DNA of 64,000 bases. It comes from an uncultured Acidobacteriota bacterium (GTDB lineage: Bacteria > Acidobacteriota > Thermoanaerobaculia > Gp7-AA8). The translations under genes were made by a program, and so were the position numbers. Below the pieces are notes generated by a model. The model had not been told where the DNA came from. It saw nothing but the letters and a program-made list of their open reading frames with translations, and ran no database searches. The stretch's first letter is position 1, and the number at the start of each line of letters is the position of its first letter. This document shows, piece after piece, positions 31,683-41,990 of the stretch. The stretch is taken from NCBI GenBank assembly GCA_963822445.1, contig CAWGHO010000001.1:640001-704000 (forward strand), given 5' to 3'.

Positions 31683-34600
31683 TCAGTTGACGGTTACGGT
31701 GGCGGTATTGCTGTTCACGACCGAGGTCGTGCAGGTCGAGCTGCTGACGCGGACCCAGTAGCGGTACGTGCCCTTCTTCGAGTGCTGAATGGTGAGCGTG
31801 CTGTTGGTCGCGCCGGCGATGGGAGAGGACGTATCGCCGGAGAAGCCGTTGTACCACTGGTATTGCAGCGTCGGCGTGCCCGTGGCAACGACCGACAGCG
31901 TGCGCGGCGAGTTGCGCGGCATGGTGACGTTTGCCGGCTGCGTGCTGATAGCAGTCGCCGGATTCGCGGCGACGGTATGCGTCGCGCTCTGACGCGCGCA
32001 GCCGCTGGCGTTGGTCACGGTGATGTAGTAGTTGCCGGCCTGGGTGACGTTCAGCGTCGGCCCGTTCGTGCCGTTGTTCCAGACGTACGACGCATAGCCG
32101 GCCGGTGCGGTGAGAGTGATGGACGAGTTGGGGCAGATCGACGTCGGTCCGCTCACGACCGGCGCGGCGGGCAACGGGTTCACGGTGACCGTCGTGTCGG
32201 CGCTCGTGGACGTGCAACCGTTCGCGTCGGTGACGGTCACGCGATACACGCCGGACGTCGTGACGACGATCGACTGATCGTCCTCGCCGTTGTTCCAGAG
32301 GTACGAGTAACCGGCGGGCGCGCTCAGCGTGACCGAGCCACCCTGGCAGAACGACAGCGCGCCGCTCGCGGTCACCGTCGGCGTGGCTGGCGGCGTGTTC
32401 ACGGTGACGACCGTGTCCGGGCTCGTGGCCGTGCAGCCGTTCGCGTCGGTGATGGTGACGCGATACGGGCCGGAATTCGTGACGACGATCGACTGATCGT
32501 CCTCGCCGTTGTTCCAGAGATACGAGTAACCGGCGGGCGCGCTCAGCGTGACCGAGCCGCCCTGGCAGAACGAAAGCGCGCCGCTCGCGGTGACCGTCGG
32601 CGTGGCCGGCGGCGTATTCACGGTGACGACCGTGTCGGCGCTCGTGGCCGTGCAGCCATTCGCGTCGGTGATGGTGACGCGATACGGACCGGAATTCGTG
32701 ACGACGATCGATTGATCGTCCTCGCCGTTGTTCCAGAGGTACGAGTAACCGGCGGGCGCGGTCAGCGTGACCGAGCCGCCCTGGCAGAACGTGAGCGCGC
32801 CGCTCGCGGTGACCGTCGGCGTGGCCGGCGGCGTGTTCACCGTGACGACCGTGTCGGCGCTCGTGGCCGTGCAGCCATTCGCGTCGGTGATGGTCACGCG
32901 ATACGGGCCGGAATTGGTGACGACGATCGACTGATCGTCCTCGCCGTTGTTCCAGAGATACGAGTAACCGGCGGGTGCGGTCAGCGTGACCGAGCCGCCC
33001 TGACAGAAGGATAGAGCGCCGCTCGCGGTGACCGTCGGCGTGGCCGGCGGCGTGTTCACGGTGACGACCGTGTCCGCGCTGGTCCTGCTGCAGCCGTTGG
33101 CGTCCGTGACCGTGACGCGATACGTGCCGGACGTCGTCACGTTGATCGACGGACCGGTCTCGCCGTTGTTCCAGACATACGAGTAACCGGCAGGTGCGGT
33201 CAGCGTGACCGAGCCGCCCTGGCAGAAGGAGAGGTCGCCGCTCGCGGTGATCGTCGCCGGCGGCAGCGCATTCACCGTCACCGTCTTCGTGCTCGCCGCC
33301 GAGCATCCCGGATTGGTTACGGTGACGGTCAGTGTGACCGCGCCGAGGCCGGAGGGGGTGAAGAAGACTTCGCGATTGCTGGGGAAGCTGATCGTGCCGC
33401 CGGTGATCGACCAGGCATAGGTCGCGTTCGTACCGGCATCGGCAACGCTCGCCGTTCCCGATCCGCCTTCGCAGACGGCGTCAGGCGCGGTGATGCTCGC
33501 GTCGATCGCGCTCTGGACGGTGTAGCTGATGGCGTTGCTGTTGGTCTCGCAGCCGAGGGCGTCGATGACTTTGAGGTAGACGAAGCCGGAGGTCGAGGGC
33601 GTGTAGGTGAACTGCGCCGAACTCCCGCCGGCGATCGCCGTGTACGTGTTGTCGTACCACTGATAGGTGTAACCCGAGCCGCCGGTGGCGGACCCGTCGA
33701 GACTGATCGCGCCGCCCGGGCAGACCGACGTGCGATCGGCCGTGGCCGTTGCGGTGATCTGGCGAGCTTCGACGGTTACAGGGTCCGACGTGACCGTGCA
33801 CCCGTCGCTGTACGTCGCGGTGACGTAGTACGTGCCGGTCTGCCAGGCAGCGAACGATGCGCCCTGCGCGCCGTTGTTCCACTGGAACGAGGTCGCGCCG
33901 TCCGCCGAAGCGGTGAGCGTGACGCTCGATCCGTCGCAGAACGTCGTCGGACCGCTCGCGCTCACCGTGACCTCGCGCTGCGTGACGGCGACCGGATTCG
34001 ACGCCGTGTACGTGCAGCCGTTGTTGCTGGTGATGACCGAGTACGAATCGGGGGTGCTGACGGTGATCGACTGCGTGGTGGCGCCGTTCGACCACTGCCA
34101 GGCGTCGCCGCCGTTCGCGGTCAGGGTCACGCTGCCGTTCGCGCAGAGATTCGTCGAGCCGGTGACGGTGATCGTCGAGACGCCGGTGGTGACGACCACG
34201 GCATCGGACGGAACGGATTCGCAGAAGCGATTGCTGACGCGCACCGAGTACGAGCCCGGCTCGGTGACGGTGATCGACTGCGTCGTCGCGCCGTTCGACC
34301 AGGTCCACGAATCCGCCGCCGATGCGGTCAGGGTCACGCTGCCGCCCGCCGGGCAAAGCTGCGTCGACGACGCGGTGACCGTCGGCTTCGCAGGATACGC
34401 AGTGAAGATGAGCGTGACCGCGGAGGTCGTGCTGCAACCGTTCGCGTCGGTCATGGTCAGGGTGTACGTGCCCGAAGTGGTCACGTAGTTGACCGGCGTT
34501 CCGTTATTGGACCAGGAGTAGGTGTTGGCCTGATTGAGCACGGTCGGGATCAGGGCGATCGTCGGATTGCCGCAGATCTCGTAGGTGTCGCCGTTCTGCT

Positions 34601-37600
34601 GGACGATGCCGCCGCTGCCGGTCTCGCTGTACGACGTGCGCACTTCGATGTCGACGACGGGAGTCGGATCGACCGTGACCACGACCGGATCGCTCGTCTG
34701 CGAGCAGCCGTACTGGTCGGTGATCTGGACCGTGTACGAGCCCGACTCGCTCACGACGATCGACTGCGCCTGCGACTGGTTCGACCAGAGGTAGGTGTAG
34801 CCGGGTTGTGCGGTCAGGGTGACCGAGCCGCCCTGGCAGAAGCGCGTGGCCCCGCTGAAGGCCACATTGCGATTGAGGTTCGAGACGTCGACGCTGCCGC
34901 TGGAGCTCTTCGAGCAGCCGTTCAGCGAGACGTCGAGGGTGTAGTCGACGCGGTAGGAATCGAACTGGGTCTGGATGACGATCGTGCGCGTGCCCTGTCC
35001 GGAGAGAACCGGCGCACCGACGATGTTCCAGTTGTACGTCGCGCCGGCCCGATCCTCGGACGCGGTGAGAGTCAGCGTGTCGTTCTCGCAGATCCGCGAC
35101 GGATGCGGCTCGACCGCGGCGGTCGGGACCGGATTAACGGTGACGACCTTCGTCGAATTCGAGTAGCAGGAATTCGGGCGATAGACGAGCGCGGTCAGCG
35201 TGACGCTGGTCGAGCCGGCGAACGGCTCGAAGACGATCTCGCGCTCGTAGGCCGACCATCCGGCCTTGACCTGTCCGCCCTGAAGCGTCCAGACGTAGCT
35301 CGCGTCCGCGCCTCCATCCGGAACAGAGGCCATGACCGCGGTGCCCGCGCACATGGAGTCGGGCGAGGTGATGGTCGTATCGGGCGGCGCGACGAGCGGC
35401 ACGGTGACCGAGACTTCGCGCATGCAGCCTGCGGTGGTGAATGCCTGCACGGTGATGGTCACGGGACCGTTGCCGTCAGGGAGAACCTGGCCGCTGGTCG
35501 TGTTGTTGATTCCAGTCTCGCCGTTGATGACCGTCCAGTTGTAACCGGTGAAGCCGCTGCCGTTGACGGTGACCGTGAACTGCGCGTTCGTACATGCGTC
35601 CGCGGGTGCGGTCAGCGTGGGAGCGATCACGTTCTCGTACGGGATCGTGACCGACGCGGGTGCGGCGACGCAGCCGAAGCTGTCCGTGCCGCTGAAATTC
35701 AGCGTGACCGCGCCGCTGCCGTTCGCGGTGAAGGTGACGTCGGTGCCGTTGAACGAAGTCTGACCGTTGCTGAACGTGCCGTTGGTGATTGTCCACGCGG
35801 CCGTGGCCCACGATCCGCCGCCGGACGGCGGGACGGCGCTGGCCGTGGCCGGATCGGTCGCGCAGATTGCGCTCGGCGCGTTGATGGCCGCTGGCGCGAT
35901 CGTGCGGATGGCGACCGTGCGCGTGCTTTCCGCGGTCCAGCAGCCCGCGACCGTGTTGCCGGTAGCGGTGAGCGTCACCGGGCCGGTTCCGTCGGCCTGG
36001 AAGGTGATGGCCATCCCCTCCGGATCGACGTTCTGCAAGGTGCCGTTGGTGATCGACCAGGAGACATAGGTGAATGGATCGGGGGAGATCTGGGTGATCG
36101 ACGCCGATGCGTTCTGGCCGGGGCAGACATTCGACGGCGCGTTGATCGCGGGCGGATCGACGACACGCAACGCGATTTCTTTCGTTGCGACCACGCTGGT
36201 GCAACCGGTGGCATCGCTGACGGTCGCGGTGAGCGTGACCGGACCGTTGCCATTCGCGCGGAAGCCCACGGGATTGCCCATCGTGCTGTCCGTGCCGCCG
36301 CCCATCGGCGAGGCCAGCTCGCCGTTGGTGATGGTCCACCAGACGGAAACCCACTCGCCCTCAGCCGGCGGATCGACGGACGCCGTACTCGGCTCTCCGT
36401 AGCAGATGTTTGCCGGCGCGTTGATGACCGGAGCGGGAAGGTACGTGATGGGAACCGTCGCGCTGGCGACGGTGGTCGTGCACCCCGAGGCGTTCGTGGC
36501 GGAAGCCTGGAGGACTACTGGCTCACCGCCGGTGGTGATGAACTCGACAGTCTCACCGGTCGTGTTCGGGCTCGTGAAGAAGCCGTTGGTGATGGTCCAC
36601 TGAACCTGGGACCACGATCCTTCGGCCGGCGGTGCAACCGATGCGGTCGCGGGGACGTTCGGGCAGACGCCTTCCGGCGCGCTGATGACGGGCGGCTCGA
36701 CCGTGGCGATGGAGACGGTCACGGTGCCCATCGGCGAGTAGCAGCCCTGACTGTCCTGCCCGCCCGCGCTCAACACCACCGGCTCGGTACCCGTGGCAAC
36801 GAACGTCACTCCGTTCCCGCTCGCGCTGGTGGTCTGGTTCCCGAGATAGTCGGTGAAGTAACCGTTCTGGATCGACCAGTACACCATCGACCAGCTGCCT
36901 TCCGCGGGCGGCAGCACCGCCGCGTACTGCGAAGTGTTCGGGCAGACGCTCGCCGGAACGCTGAAGGAGGGGGCCGGGATCGTGCGGATGTCAACGCTGC
37001 GCGTTCCCATCGGCGAGTAGCAGCCCTGATCGTCCTGAGCTCCGACGCTCAGCATCACCGGCCCGGCGCCATTGGCAACGAACATCACTCCGTTCCCGAT
37101 GCTGCTGGTGGTCTGGTTCCCGAGGTAGTCGGTGAAGTAGCCGTTCTGGATCGACCAGTACACCATCGACCAGGTGCCTTCCGCGGGCGGCAGCACCGCC
37201 GCGTACTGCGAAGTGTGCGGGCAGACCTGGACCGGCGCTTCGATCACCGGCGCTGGAATCGTGCGGATCTCGACGCTGCGCGTTCCCATCGGCGAGTAGC
37301 AGCCCTGATCGTCCTGAGCTCCGACGCTCAGCATCACCGGCCCGGCGCCATTGGCAACGAACATCACTCCGTTCCCGATGCTGCTGGTGGTCTGGTTCCC
37401 GAGGTAGTCGGTGAAGTAACCGTTCTGGATCGACCAGTACACCATCGACCAGGTGCCTTCCGCGGGCGGCAGCACCGACGCGTACTGGCTCGTGTGCGGG
37501 CAGACCTGAACCGGCGCTTCGATCGCCGGAGCGGGAATCGTGCGGATCTCGACGGTGCGCGTTCCCATCGGCGAGTAGCAGCCCTGGTCGTCCTGCGCTC

Positions 37601-39029
37601 CGATGCTCAACGTCACCGGACCGCTGCCGTTGGCGACGAACATGACGCTGGTGCCGGTCGCGCTGGTGGTCTGCTGCCCCAGGTAGTCGGTGAAGTAGCC
37701 GTTCTGGATCGACCAGTACACCATCGACCAGCTGCCTTCCGCGGGCGGTTGCACCGATGCGTACTGACTTGTGTGCGGGCAGACCTGCGCGGGGGCGTCG
37801 ATGACCGGCGCGGCGATCGTGCGCATCTCGACGGTGCGCGTTCCCATCGGCGAGTAGCAGCCCTGGTCGTCCATGGCGCTCACGCTCAACGTCACCGGCC
37901 CGTAGCCGTTGGCGACGAACATGGCATTCGGGCCGGATGCGTTTGGCTGCGGCCCCCACTCAGTGACGAAGTGACCGTTCTGGATGGACCAGTACACGAG
38001 AGCCCACTCGCCTTCCGCGGGCGGTTGCAGCGACGCGTACTGACTGGTGTGCGGGCAAACCTCTGCTGGAGCGTCGATGACCGGCGCTGGAAGCTGGCGA
38101 AGCTCGACCTGCGCTGTCCCTGTCTGCGGATCGCAGCCCTCGGTGTCAGTTCCCTGTGCGTAGAGCGTGACCGGGCCATAGCCGTTCGCGAAGAAGGTGA
38201 CCGTCTCGCCGATCGTGGAAGACGTCGTGTAACCCCATTGGTCCCGGAACGATCCGTTGGTGATGCTCCAATAAACGGTCGACCACGATCCGACGCTCGG
38301 CGGCGCAACGCTGGCCGTGTTGTCATCATTCGGGCAGACCTGTGATGGCGCAGTGATCACCGGCGCCGTTCCCTCGCGGATCCCCACGGTCGTAAATGCC
38401 GGAGGCAGCGGACAACCGCTGCTGTGCTGCGTCGTGACCTCGAGCTCGACCGGCGCCGAGCCGGTTGCGCGGAACTCCACCGTTTCGCCGTATGCAAACA
38501 GACGCCAGGGTCCGCCCGGCTCGCGCAGTTGTCCGTGGCTTATCCTCCACTCGACTGACGTCCAGGTACCTGCCGCGGGCGGCGCGACGCTGGCCGGCGA
38601 CACGCTGTGGGCACAGACTTCCGGCGCGACCACGACCACCGGCGGACCGCTCAGCACGGGGATCTGCTCTGACGCTTGCGGCGTCAGGCATCCGAACTGG
38701 TCGGTTGCCTGAGCGGTGAGCGTCACCGGCCCGCTGCCGTCGGCATTGAAGGTGATGTATGGAGGGCCCGTCACGGTGGAAGCCGGATTGCCATTCGCAT
38801 CGAGCAGGTGACCACCCGTCATCGACCAGGTCGTGCTCATCCATTGGCCGCCGCTGGTCGGCGGCTGCAACGACGCCCCCGCGGCGTACGTGCCACAAAG
38901 CAGATCCGGCGCGTCGATGACCGCCGAACAGGTCTGCGCCTCGAGCATCGTGGGCGCTGCAACCAGAAGAAGGAGCGCGAGGAAAAGCCGCGCGAAAGTG
39001 GCTACCCGAGGCGTGCGAGGGACGGACAT
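31683..39029 (-). CDS. Giant secreted Ig-like repeat surface protein (putative adhesin), 2448 aa
   Basis: GGAG RBS, signal peptide, more than 20 Thr/Ser-rich Ig-like repeats with paired Cys, and a C-terminal Ig domain (YQWY...GATNSTLTI). Confidence 0.88.
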   Translation of the reverse strand: MSVPRTPRVATFARLFLALLLLVAAPTMLEAQTCSAVIDAPDLLCGTYAAGASLQPPTSGGQWMSTTWSMTGGHLLDANGNPASTVTGPPYITFNADGSGPVTLTAQATDQFGCLTPQASEQIPVLSGPPVVVVAPEVCAHSVSPASVAPPAAGTWTSVEWRISHGQLREPGGPWRLFAYGETVEFRATGSAPVELEVTTQHSSGCPLPPAFTTVGIREGTAPVITAPSQVCPNDDNTASVAPPSVGSWSTVYWSITNGSFRDQWGYTTSSTIGETVTFFANGYGPVTLYAQGTDTEGCDPQTGTAQVELRQLPAPVIDAPAEVCPHTSQYASLQPPAEGEWALVYWSIQNGHFVTEWGPQPNASGPNAMFVANGYGPVTLSVSAMDDQGCYSPMGTRTVEMRTIAAPVIDAPAQVCPHTSQYASVQPPAEGSWSMVYWSIQNGYFTDYLGQQTTSATGTSVMFVANGSGPVTLSIGAQDDQGCYSPMGTRTVEIRTIPAPAIEAPVQVCPHTSQYASVLPPAEGTWSMVYWSIQNGYFTDYLGNQTTSSIGNGVMFVANGAGPVMLSVGAQDDQGCYSPMGTRSVEIRTIPAPVIEAPVQVCPHTSQYAAVLPPAEGTWSMVYWSIQNGYFTDYLGNQTTSSIGNGVMFVANGAGPVMLSVGAQDDQGCYSPMGTRSVDIRTIPAPSFSVPASVCPNTSQYAAVLPPAEGSWSMVYWSIQNGYFTDYLGNQTTSASGNGVTFVATGTEPVVLSAGGQDSQGCYSPMGTVTVSIATVEPPVISAPEGVCPNVPATASVAPPAEGSWSQVQWTITNGFFTSPNTTGETVEFITTGGEPVVLQASATNASGCTTTVASATVPITYLPAPVINAPANICYGEPSTASVDPPAEGEWVSVWWTITNGELASPMGGGTDSTMGNPVGFRANGNGPVTLTATVSDATGCTSVVATKEIALRVVDPPAINAPSNVCPGQNASASITQISPDPFTYVSWSITNGTLQNVDPEGMAITFQADGTGPVTLTATGNTVAGCWTAESTRTVAIRTIAPAAINAPSAICATDPATASAVPPSGGGSWATAAWTITNGTFSNGQTSFNGTDVTFTANGSGAVTLNFSGTDSFGCVAAPASVTIPYENVIAPTLTAPADACTNAQFTVTVNGSGFTGYNWTVINGETGINNTTSGQVLPDGNGPVTITVQAFTTAGCMREVSVTVPLVAPPDTTITSPDSMCAGTAVMASVPDGGADASYVWTLQGGQVKAGWSAYEREIVFEPFAGSTSVTLTALVYRPNSCYSNSTKVVTVNPVPTAAVEPHPSRICENDTLTLTASEDRAGATYNWNIVGAPVLSGQGTRTIVIQTQFDSYRVDYTLDVSLNGCSKSSSGSVDVSNLNRNVAFSGATRFCQGGSVTLTAQPGYTYLWSNQSQAQSIVVSESGSYTVQITDQYGCSQTSDPVVVTVDPTPVVDIEVRTSYSETGSGGIVQQNGDTYEICGNPTIALIPTVLNQANTYSWSNNGTPVNYVTTSGTYTLTMTDANGCSTTSAVTLIFTAYPAKPTVTASSTQLCPAGGSVTLTASAADSWTWSNGATTQSITVTEPGSYSVRVSNRFCESVPSDAVVVTTGVSTITVTGSTNLCANGSVTLTANGGDAWQWSNGATTQSITVSTPDSYSVITSNNGCTYTASNPVAVTQREVTVSASGPTTFCDGSSVTLTASADGATSFQWNNGAQGASFAAWQTGTYYVTATYSDGCTVTSDPVTVEARQITATATADRTSVCPGGAISLDGSATGGSGYTYQWYDNTYTAIAGGSSAQFTYTPSTSGFVYLKVIDALGCETNSNAISYTVQSAIDASITAPDAVCEGGSGTASVADAGTNATYAWSITGGTISFPSNREVFFTPSGLGAVTLTVTVTNPGCSAASTKTVTVNALPPATITASGDLSFCQGGSVTLTAPAGYSYVWNNGETGPSINVTTSGTYRVTVTDANGCSRTSADTVVTVNTPPATPTVTASGALSFCQGGSVTLTAPAGYSYLWNNGEDDQSIVVTNSGPYRVTITDANGCTATSADTVVTVNTPPATPTVTASGALTFCQGGSVTLTAPAGYSYLWNNGEDDQSIVVTNSGPYRVTITDANGCTATSADTVVTVNTPPATPTVTASGALSFCQGGSVTLSAPAGYSYLWNNGEDDQSIVVTNSGPYRVTITDANGCTATSPDTVVTVNTPPATPTVTASGALSFCQGGSVTLSAPAGYSYLWNNGEDDQSIVVTTSGVYRVTVTDANGCTSTSADTTVTVNPLPAAPVVSGPTSICPNSSITLTAPAGYASYVWNNGTNGPTLNVTQAGNYYITVTNASGCARQSATHTVAANPATAISTQPANVTMPRNSPRTLSVVATGTPTLQYQWYNGFSGDTSSPIAGATNSTLTIQHSKKGTYRYWVRVSSSTCTTSVVNSNTATVTVN
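32180..33275. repeat. Five tandem 219-bp (73-aa) near-identical coding repeats
   Basis: Anchor cctg(g/a)cagaa recurs at 32342, 32561, 32780, 32999 and 33218. Confidence 0.9.
36690..38100. repeat. About five tandem 279-bp (93-aa) coding repeats
   Basis: Anchor ccgttctgga recurs at 36862, 37141, 37420, 37699 and 37975 (last spacing 276). Confidence 0.88.
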
Positions 39030-39242
39030 GAGATCTCCGTAAAGCTTCCGCGCTCTCCGGCGCGGGAGCGGATTTGCGTGACGAATTTGCCTGCGTGTTG
39101 CGGGGTTGTTTTGGGGCTGAAGCTAACCGTTGAGGATCGGTGAACACTAGCCGAAAGCCAGCGCTACCGCAAGGATGGAATTCCGGCCGACCGGCCGGTT
39201 TAGGCCCGGAATCTTTGTCCTTTCAATTCGTTACGAAGGCCC

Positions 39243-40389
39243 GTGACGACCAGACAGTCCCGCGAGATCCGCATCGGCAATGTCCGCATCGGCGGCACGA
39301 ATCCGATCGCGGTCCAGTCCATGACCGCCACCCGCACGCAGGACATCCCGGCGACCATTCGCCAGGTGGAACTGCTCGAGGCCGCCGGCGCGGACGTGAT
39401 CCGCATCGCCGTCGACAATCCGAAGGACGTGACCGCCCTGGCCGAGATCCGCGCGGCCCGTCCGAACGCCAACCTCTCCATCGATCTTCAGGAGAACTAC
39501 CGGCTCGCCGAGAAGGTCGCGCCGTTCGTCCAGAAGCTCCGCTACAACCCCGGCCACCTCTACCACATCGAGCGCGACAAGCCGGTGCGCGACAAGGTGA
39601 AGTACCTCGTCGACGTCGCCCGCCAGCACGACTGCGCGATGCGCATCGGCGTGAATGCCGGGTCGGTCGATCCGGACAAGCTGGCGAAGTACGACAAGGC
39701 CGATTCGATCACGCCGATGCTGGAGTCCGCGCTCGAACACTGCGCGATGCTCGATGAGATCGGCTTCGATCAGTACTGCGTTTCGATCAAGGACTCCGAT
39801 CCGAACAAGGTCATCGACGCGAACATCCGCTTCGCCGGGCTCCGCCCCGACGTCCCGCTGCACCTCGGCGTGACCGAAGCAGGCATGCCGCCGGACGGGA
39901 TCATCAAGACCCGCATCGCCTTCGAACAGCTCATCACCCGCGGCATCGGCGACACCATCCGGGTCTCCCTCACCCTGCCCTTCGAAAAGAAGGGCGAGGA
40001 GGTCGACCGTCGGGCGCCAGATCCTCGACGACATCGCCGCGGGGCGCTTCCGCTCGGTCCCCCGCTTCGAGCACAAGGGCATGAACATCATCAGCTGCCC
40101 GTCCTGCTCGCGCGTGGAGAACGAGGCCTTCATCGATCTCGCCCAGAACGTGAAAGTAATGACCGAGTACGCGAAGGAGCACGACATCACCATCGCCGTG
40201 ATGGGCTGCCGCGTGAACGGCCCCGGCGAGACCGACGACGCCGACCTCGGCATGTGGTGCGCGCCGACCTACGTGAACCTGAAGAAGGGTGAGCAGTCGC
40301 TCGGCCACTACACCTACGACGAGATTCTCGGCAGGCTTCGCGCTGAGTTGGATAAGCTGATCGACGAACGGGCCCACGCAACCGCATGA
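39243..40389 (+). CDS. ispG: (E)-4-hydroxy-3-methylbut-2-enyl-diphosphate synthase, +1 frameshift near 40005
   Basis: [25 protein letters not shown] and [11 protein letters not shown], then CPSCSR and [10 protein letters not shown] in the next frame; deleting one G gives EEVTVGRQIL. Confidence 0.92.
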
Positions 40390-40880
40390 AACGAATCCAT
40401 TACCTGCTCATAACCGCCGCGATCATCATTCTCGACATCTGGACGAAGGCGCTGGTCCTCCGGCGCATCGACCTGCATGAAGCCATTCCGGTCATCCCGA
40501 ACTTCTTCCAGCTGGTCCACGTGCGCAATACCGGCGCGGCGTTCGGAATCGGCGCGAATGCAGCGTCGAAGATCGTGCCGCTGCTGCTCAACATCGGGGC
40601 GCTGGCGGTGTTCGGAGTGGTGGTCGTGTACGCGCTCCGCTCGTCAGTCACGGACCGCGTCCTCCAGACCGGCCTCCACCTGATCCTTGGCGGCGCGGTC
40701 GGCAACCTCCTCGATCGTTTCCGCTTCGGCTACGTCGTCGATTTCCTCGACGTGTACATCGGCCGCCATCACTGGCCGGCGTTCAACGTCGCCGATTCCG
40801 CGATCTGCATCGGCATTGCCCTGCTTTTCTTCGACATGAAGAAGAAGCCGGAGAGCGAGACGGAAACGGCAACAGCTTAG
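40386..40880 (+). CDS. lspA: Lipoprotein signal peptidase II
   Basis: [22 protein letters not shown] and WPAFNVAD; ATGA overlap with ispG. Confidence 0.95.
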   Translation: MKRIHYLLITAAIIILDIWTKALVLRRIDLHEAIPVIPNFFQLVHVRNTGAAFGIGANAASKIVPLLLNIGALAVFGVVVVYALRSSVTDRVLQTGLHLILGGAVGNLLDRFRFGYVVDFLDVYIGRHHWPAFNVADSAICIGIALLFFDMKKKPESETETATA

Positions 40881-41530
40881 ACCGCGATCTCTTTCACGTC
40901 GCCAATCTTCAGCCGCGGCCCGGTCATCTCCTGAACCTGTTCCGGCGTGACCCCCGGCGCGACTTCGATGAGCTCCAGGCCGTCGCTGGTTACGTCGATC
41001 ACCGCGTAGTCGGTGATGATGCGATTCACCACCTGCACTCCGGTGAGGGGCAGATTGCACTGCTCGAGGATCTTCTTCTCCCCCTTCTTGGTGACGTGCT
41101 CCATGGTGACGATCAACCGCCGCGCGCCGGCCACGAGGTCCATCGCCCCGCCCATGCCCTTGACCATCGCGCCCGGCACCATCCAGTTGGCGATGTCCCC
41201 CTTCGCCGAGACCTGCATCGCCCCGAGAATCGACAGATCGACTTTCCCGCCACGGATCATCCCGAAGGAATCCGCGCTCGAGAAAAACGACGCGCCGGCC
41301 AGCGTGGTCACAGTCTGCTTCCCGGCATTGATGAGATCCGGATCGACCTCTTCCTCGCGCGGAAACGGTCCGAGCCCAAGGATGCCGTTCTCGGACTGAA
41401 GGATGACTTCCATACCTTCAGGGATGTTGTTCGCCACCAGCGTCGGCATGCCGATGCCAAGGTTGACGTAGTACCCGTCGCGAAGCTCGCGTGCGGCGCG
41501 GCGGATGATTTGCTCTCTCGTTAATGGCAC
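40877..41530 (-). CDS. scoB: 3-oxoacid CoA-transferase subunit B
   Basis: [15 protein letters not shown] (catalytic Glu) and GMGGAMDL. Confidence 0.93.
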   Translation of the reverse strand: MPLTREQIIRRAARELRDGYYVNLGIGMPTLVANNIPEGMEVILQSENGILGLGPFPREEEVDPDLINAGKQTVTTLAGASFFSSADSFGMIRGGKVDLSILGAMQVSAKGDIANWMVPGAMVKGMGGAMDLVAGARRLIVTMEHVTKKGEKKILEQCNLPLTGVQVVNRIITDYAVIDVTSDGLELIEVAPGVTPEQVQEMTGPRLKIGDVKEIAV

Positions 41531-41550
41531 GTTCTTGCCTCTTGGCGTGA

Positions 41551-41583
41551 AGTCGTTAGTCGTTAGTGGTTAGTCGTTAGTAG
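41551..41583. repeat. Heptamer tandem array (AGTCGTT)n, left flank of the four-helix-bundle gene
   Basis: agtcgttagtcgttagtggttagtcgttagtag; contains the stop codon of the four-helix-bundle gene. Confidence 0.9.
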
Positions 41584-41950
41584 GTTTGCGCGGTGCGCGA
41601 TGTTCGGTTGATTGCATCAAACCGTTGATGATTCGGCCGACCTCGTCGGCGCGAGCGGTCGCCGCCCGTATGGCAGCCGGCTCGGCCATCTTCAGTCGCG
41701 TTGCGAGAATCAACTGTGTTTGCAACTCGTGGAGAGAGCCTCGCGCCTGCGCGAGAAAGTGCTGTGTGTCCTTGTTTGTCTGCCTTCCATAGCCTTCCGC
41801 GATGTTAGACGGTATCGACACCGCGCTACGCCGCAATTGAGCCGTCAACCCGTACCTCTCGTCGGCGGGAAAGTCGCGCGTAACCGCGTAAATCTCCTCG
41901 ACGAGATCCATCGCTTTCTGCCAGGCGATCAAATCGCGAAACGAGTCCAT
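41570..41950 (-). CDS. Four helix bundle protein (23S rRNA IVP / Avd-like family)
   Basis: FRDLIAWQKAM, FPADERYGLTAQLRRSAVSIPSNIAEG and ARGSLHEL. Confidence 0.93.
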   Translation of the reverse strand: MDSFRDLIAWQKAMDLVEEIYAVTRDFPADERYGLTAQLRRSAVSIPSNIAEGYGRQTNKDTQHFLAQARGSLHELQTQLILATRLKMAEPAAIRAATARADEVGRIINGLMQSTEHRAPRKPTND

Positions 41951-41953
41951 CGT

Positions 41954-41990
41954 CCTACTAACGACTAACGACTAGCCACTAACGACTAAC
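41954..41990. repeat. Heptamer tandem array (ACTAACG)n, right flank, inverted relative to 41551-41583
   Basis: cctactaacgactaacgactagccactaacgactaac; contains the scoA stop codon. Confidence 0.9.

Noticed and set aside
32180-38100. Long regular repeats as a CRISPR array
   Set aside because: Units are 219 and 279 bp, multiples of three, in frame within a protein, with no unique spacers and no cas genes.
34806-38345. 1179-aa plus-strand ORF, and similar long ORFs at 47630..50689 (+) and 52527..54785 (-)
   Set aside because: Antisense shadows of real high-GC genes; Arg/Gly/Ala-rich with no recognisable motifs.
39990-40020. Programmed frameshifting in ispG, mrp or the MBL gene
   Set aside because: No slippery heptamer at the shift sites; similar indels are scattered across the window, consistent with sequencing error.
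41570-41950. Avd-like gene as part of a diversity-generating retroelement
   Set aside because: No reverse transcriptase in the window, and no template/variable repeat pair differing at adenines was seen.
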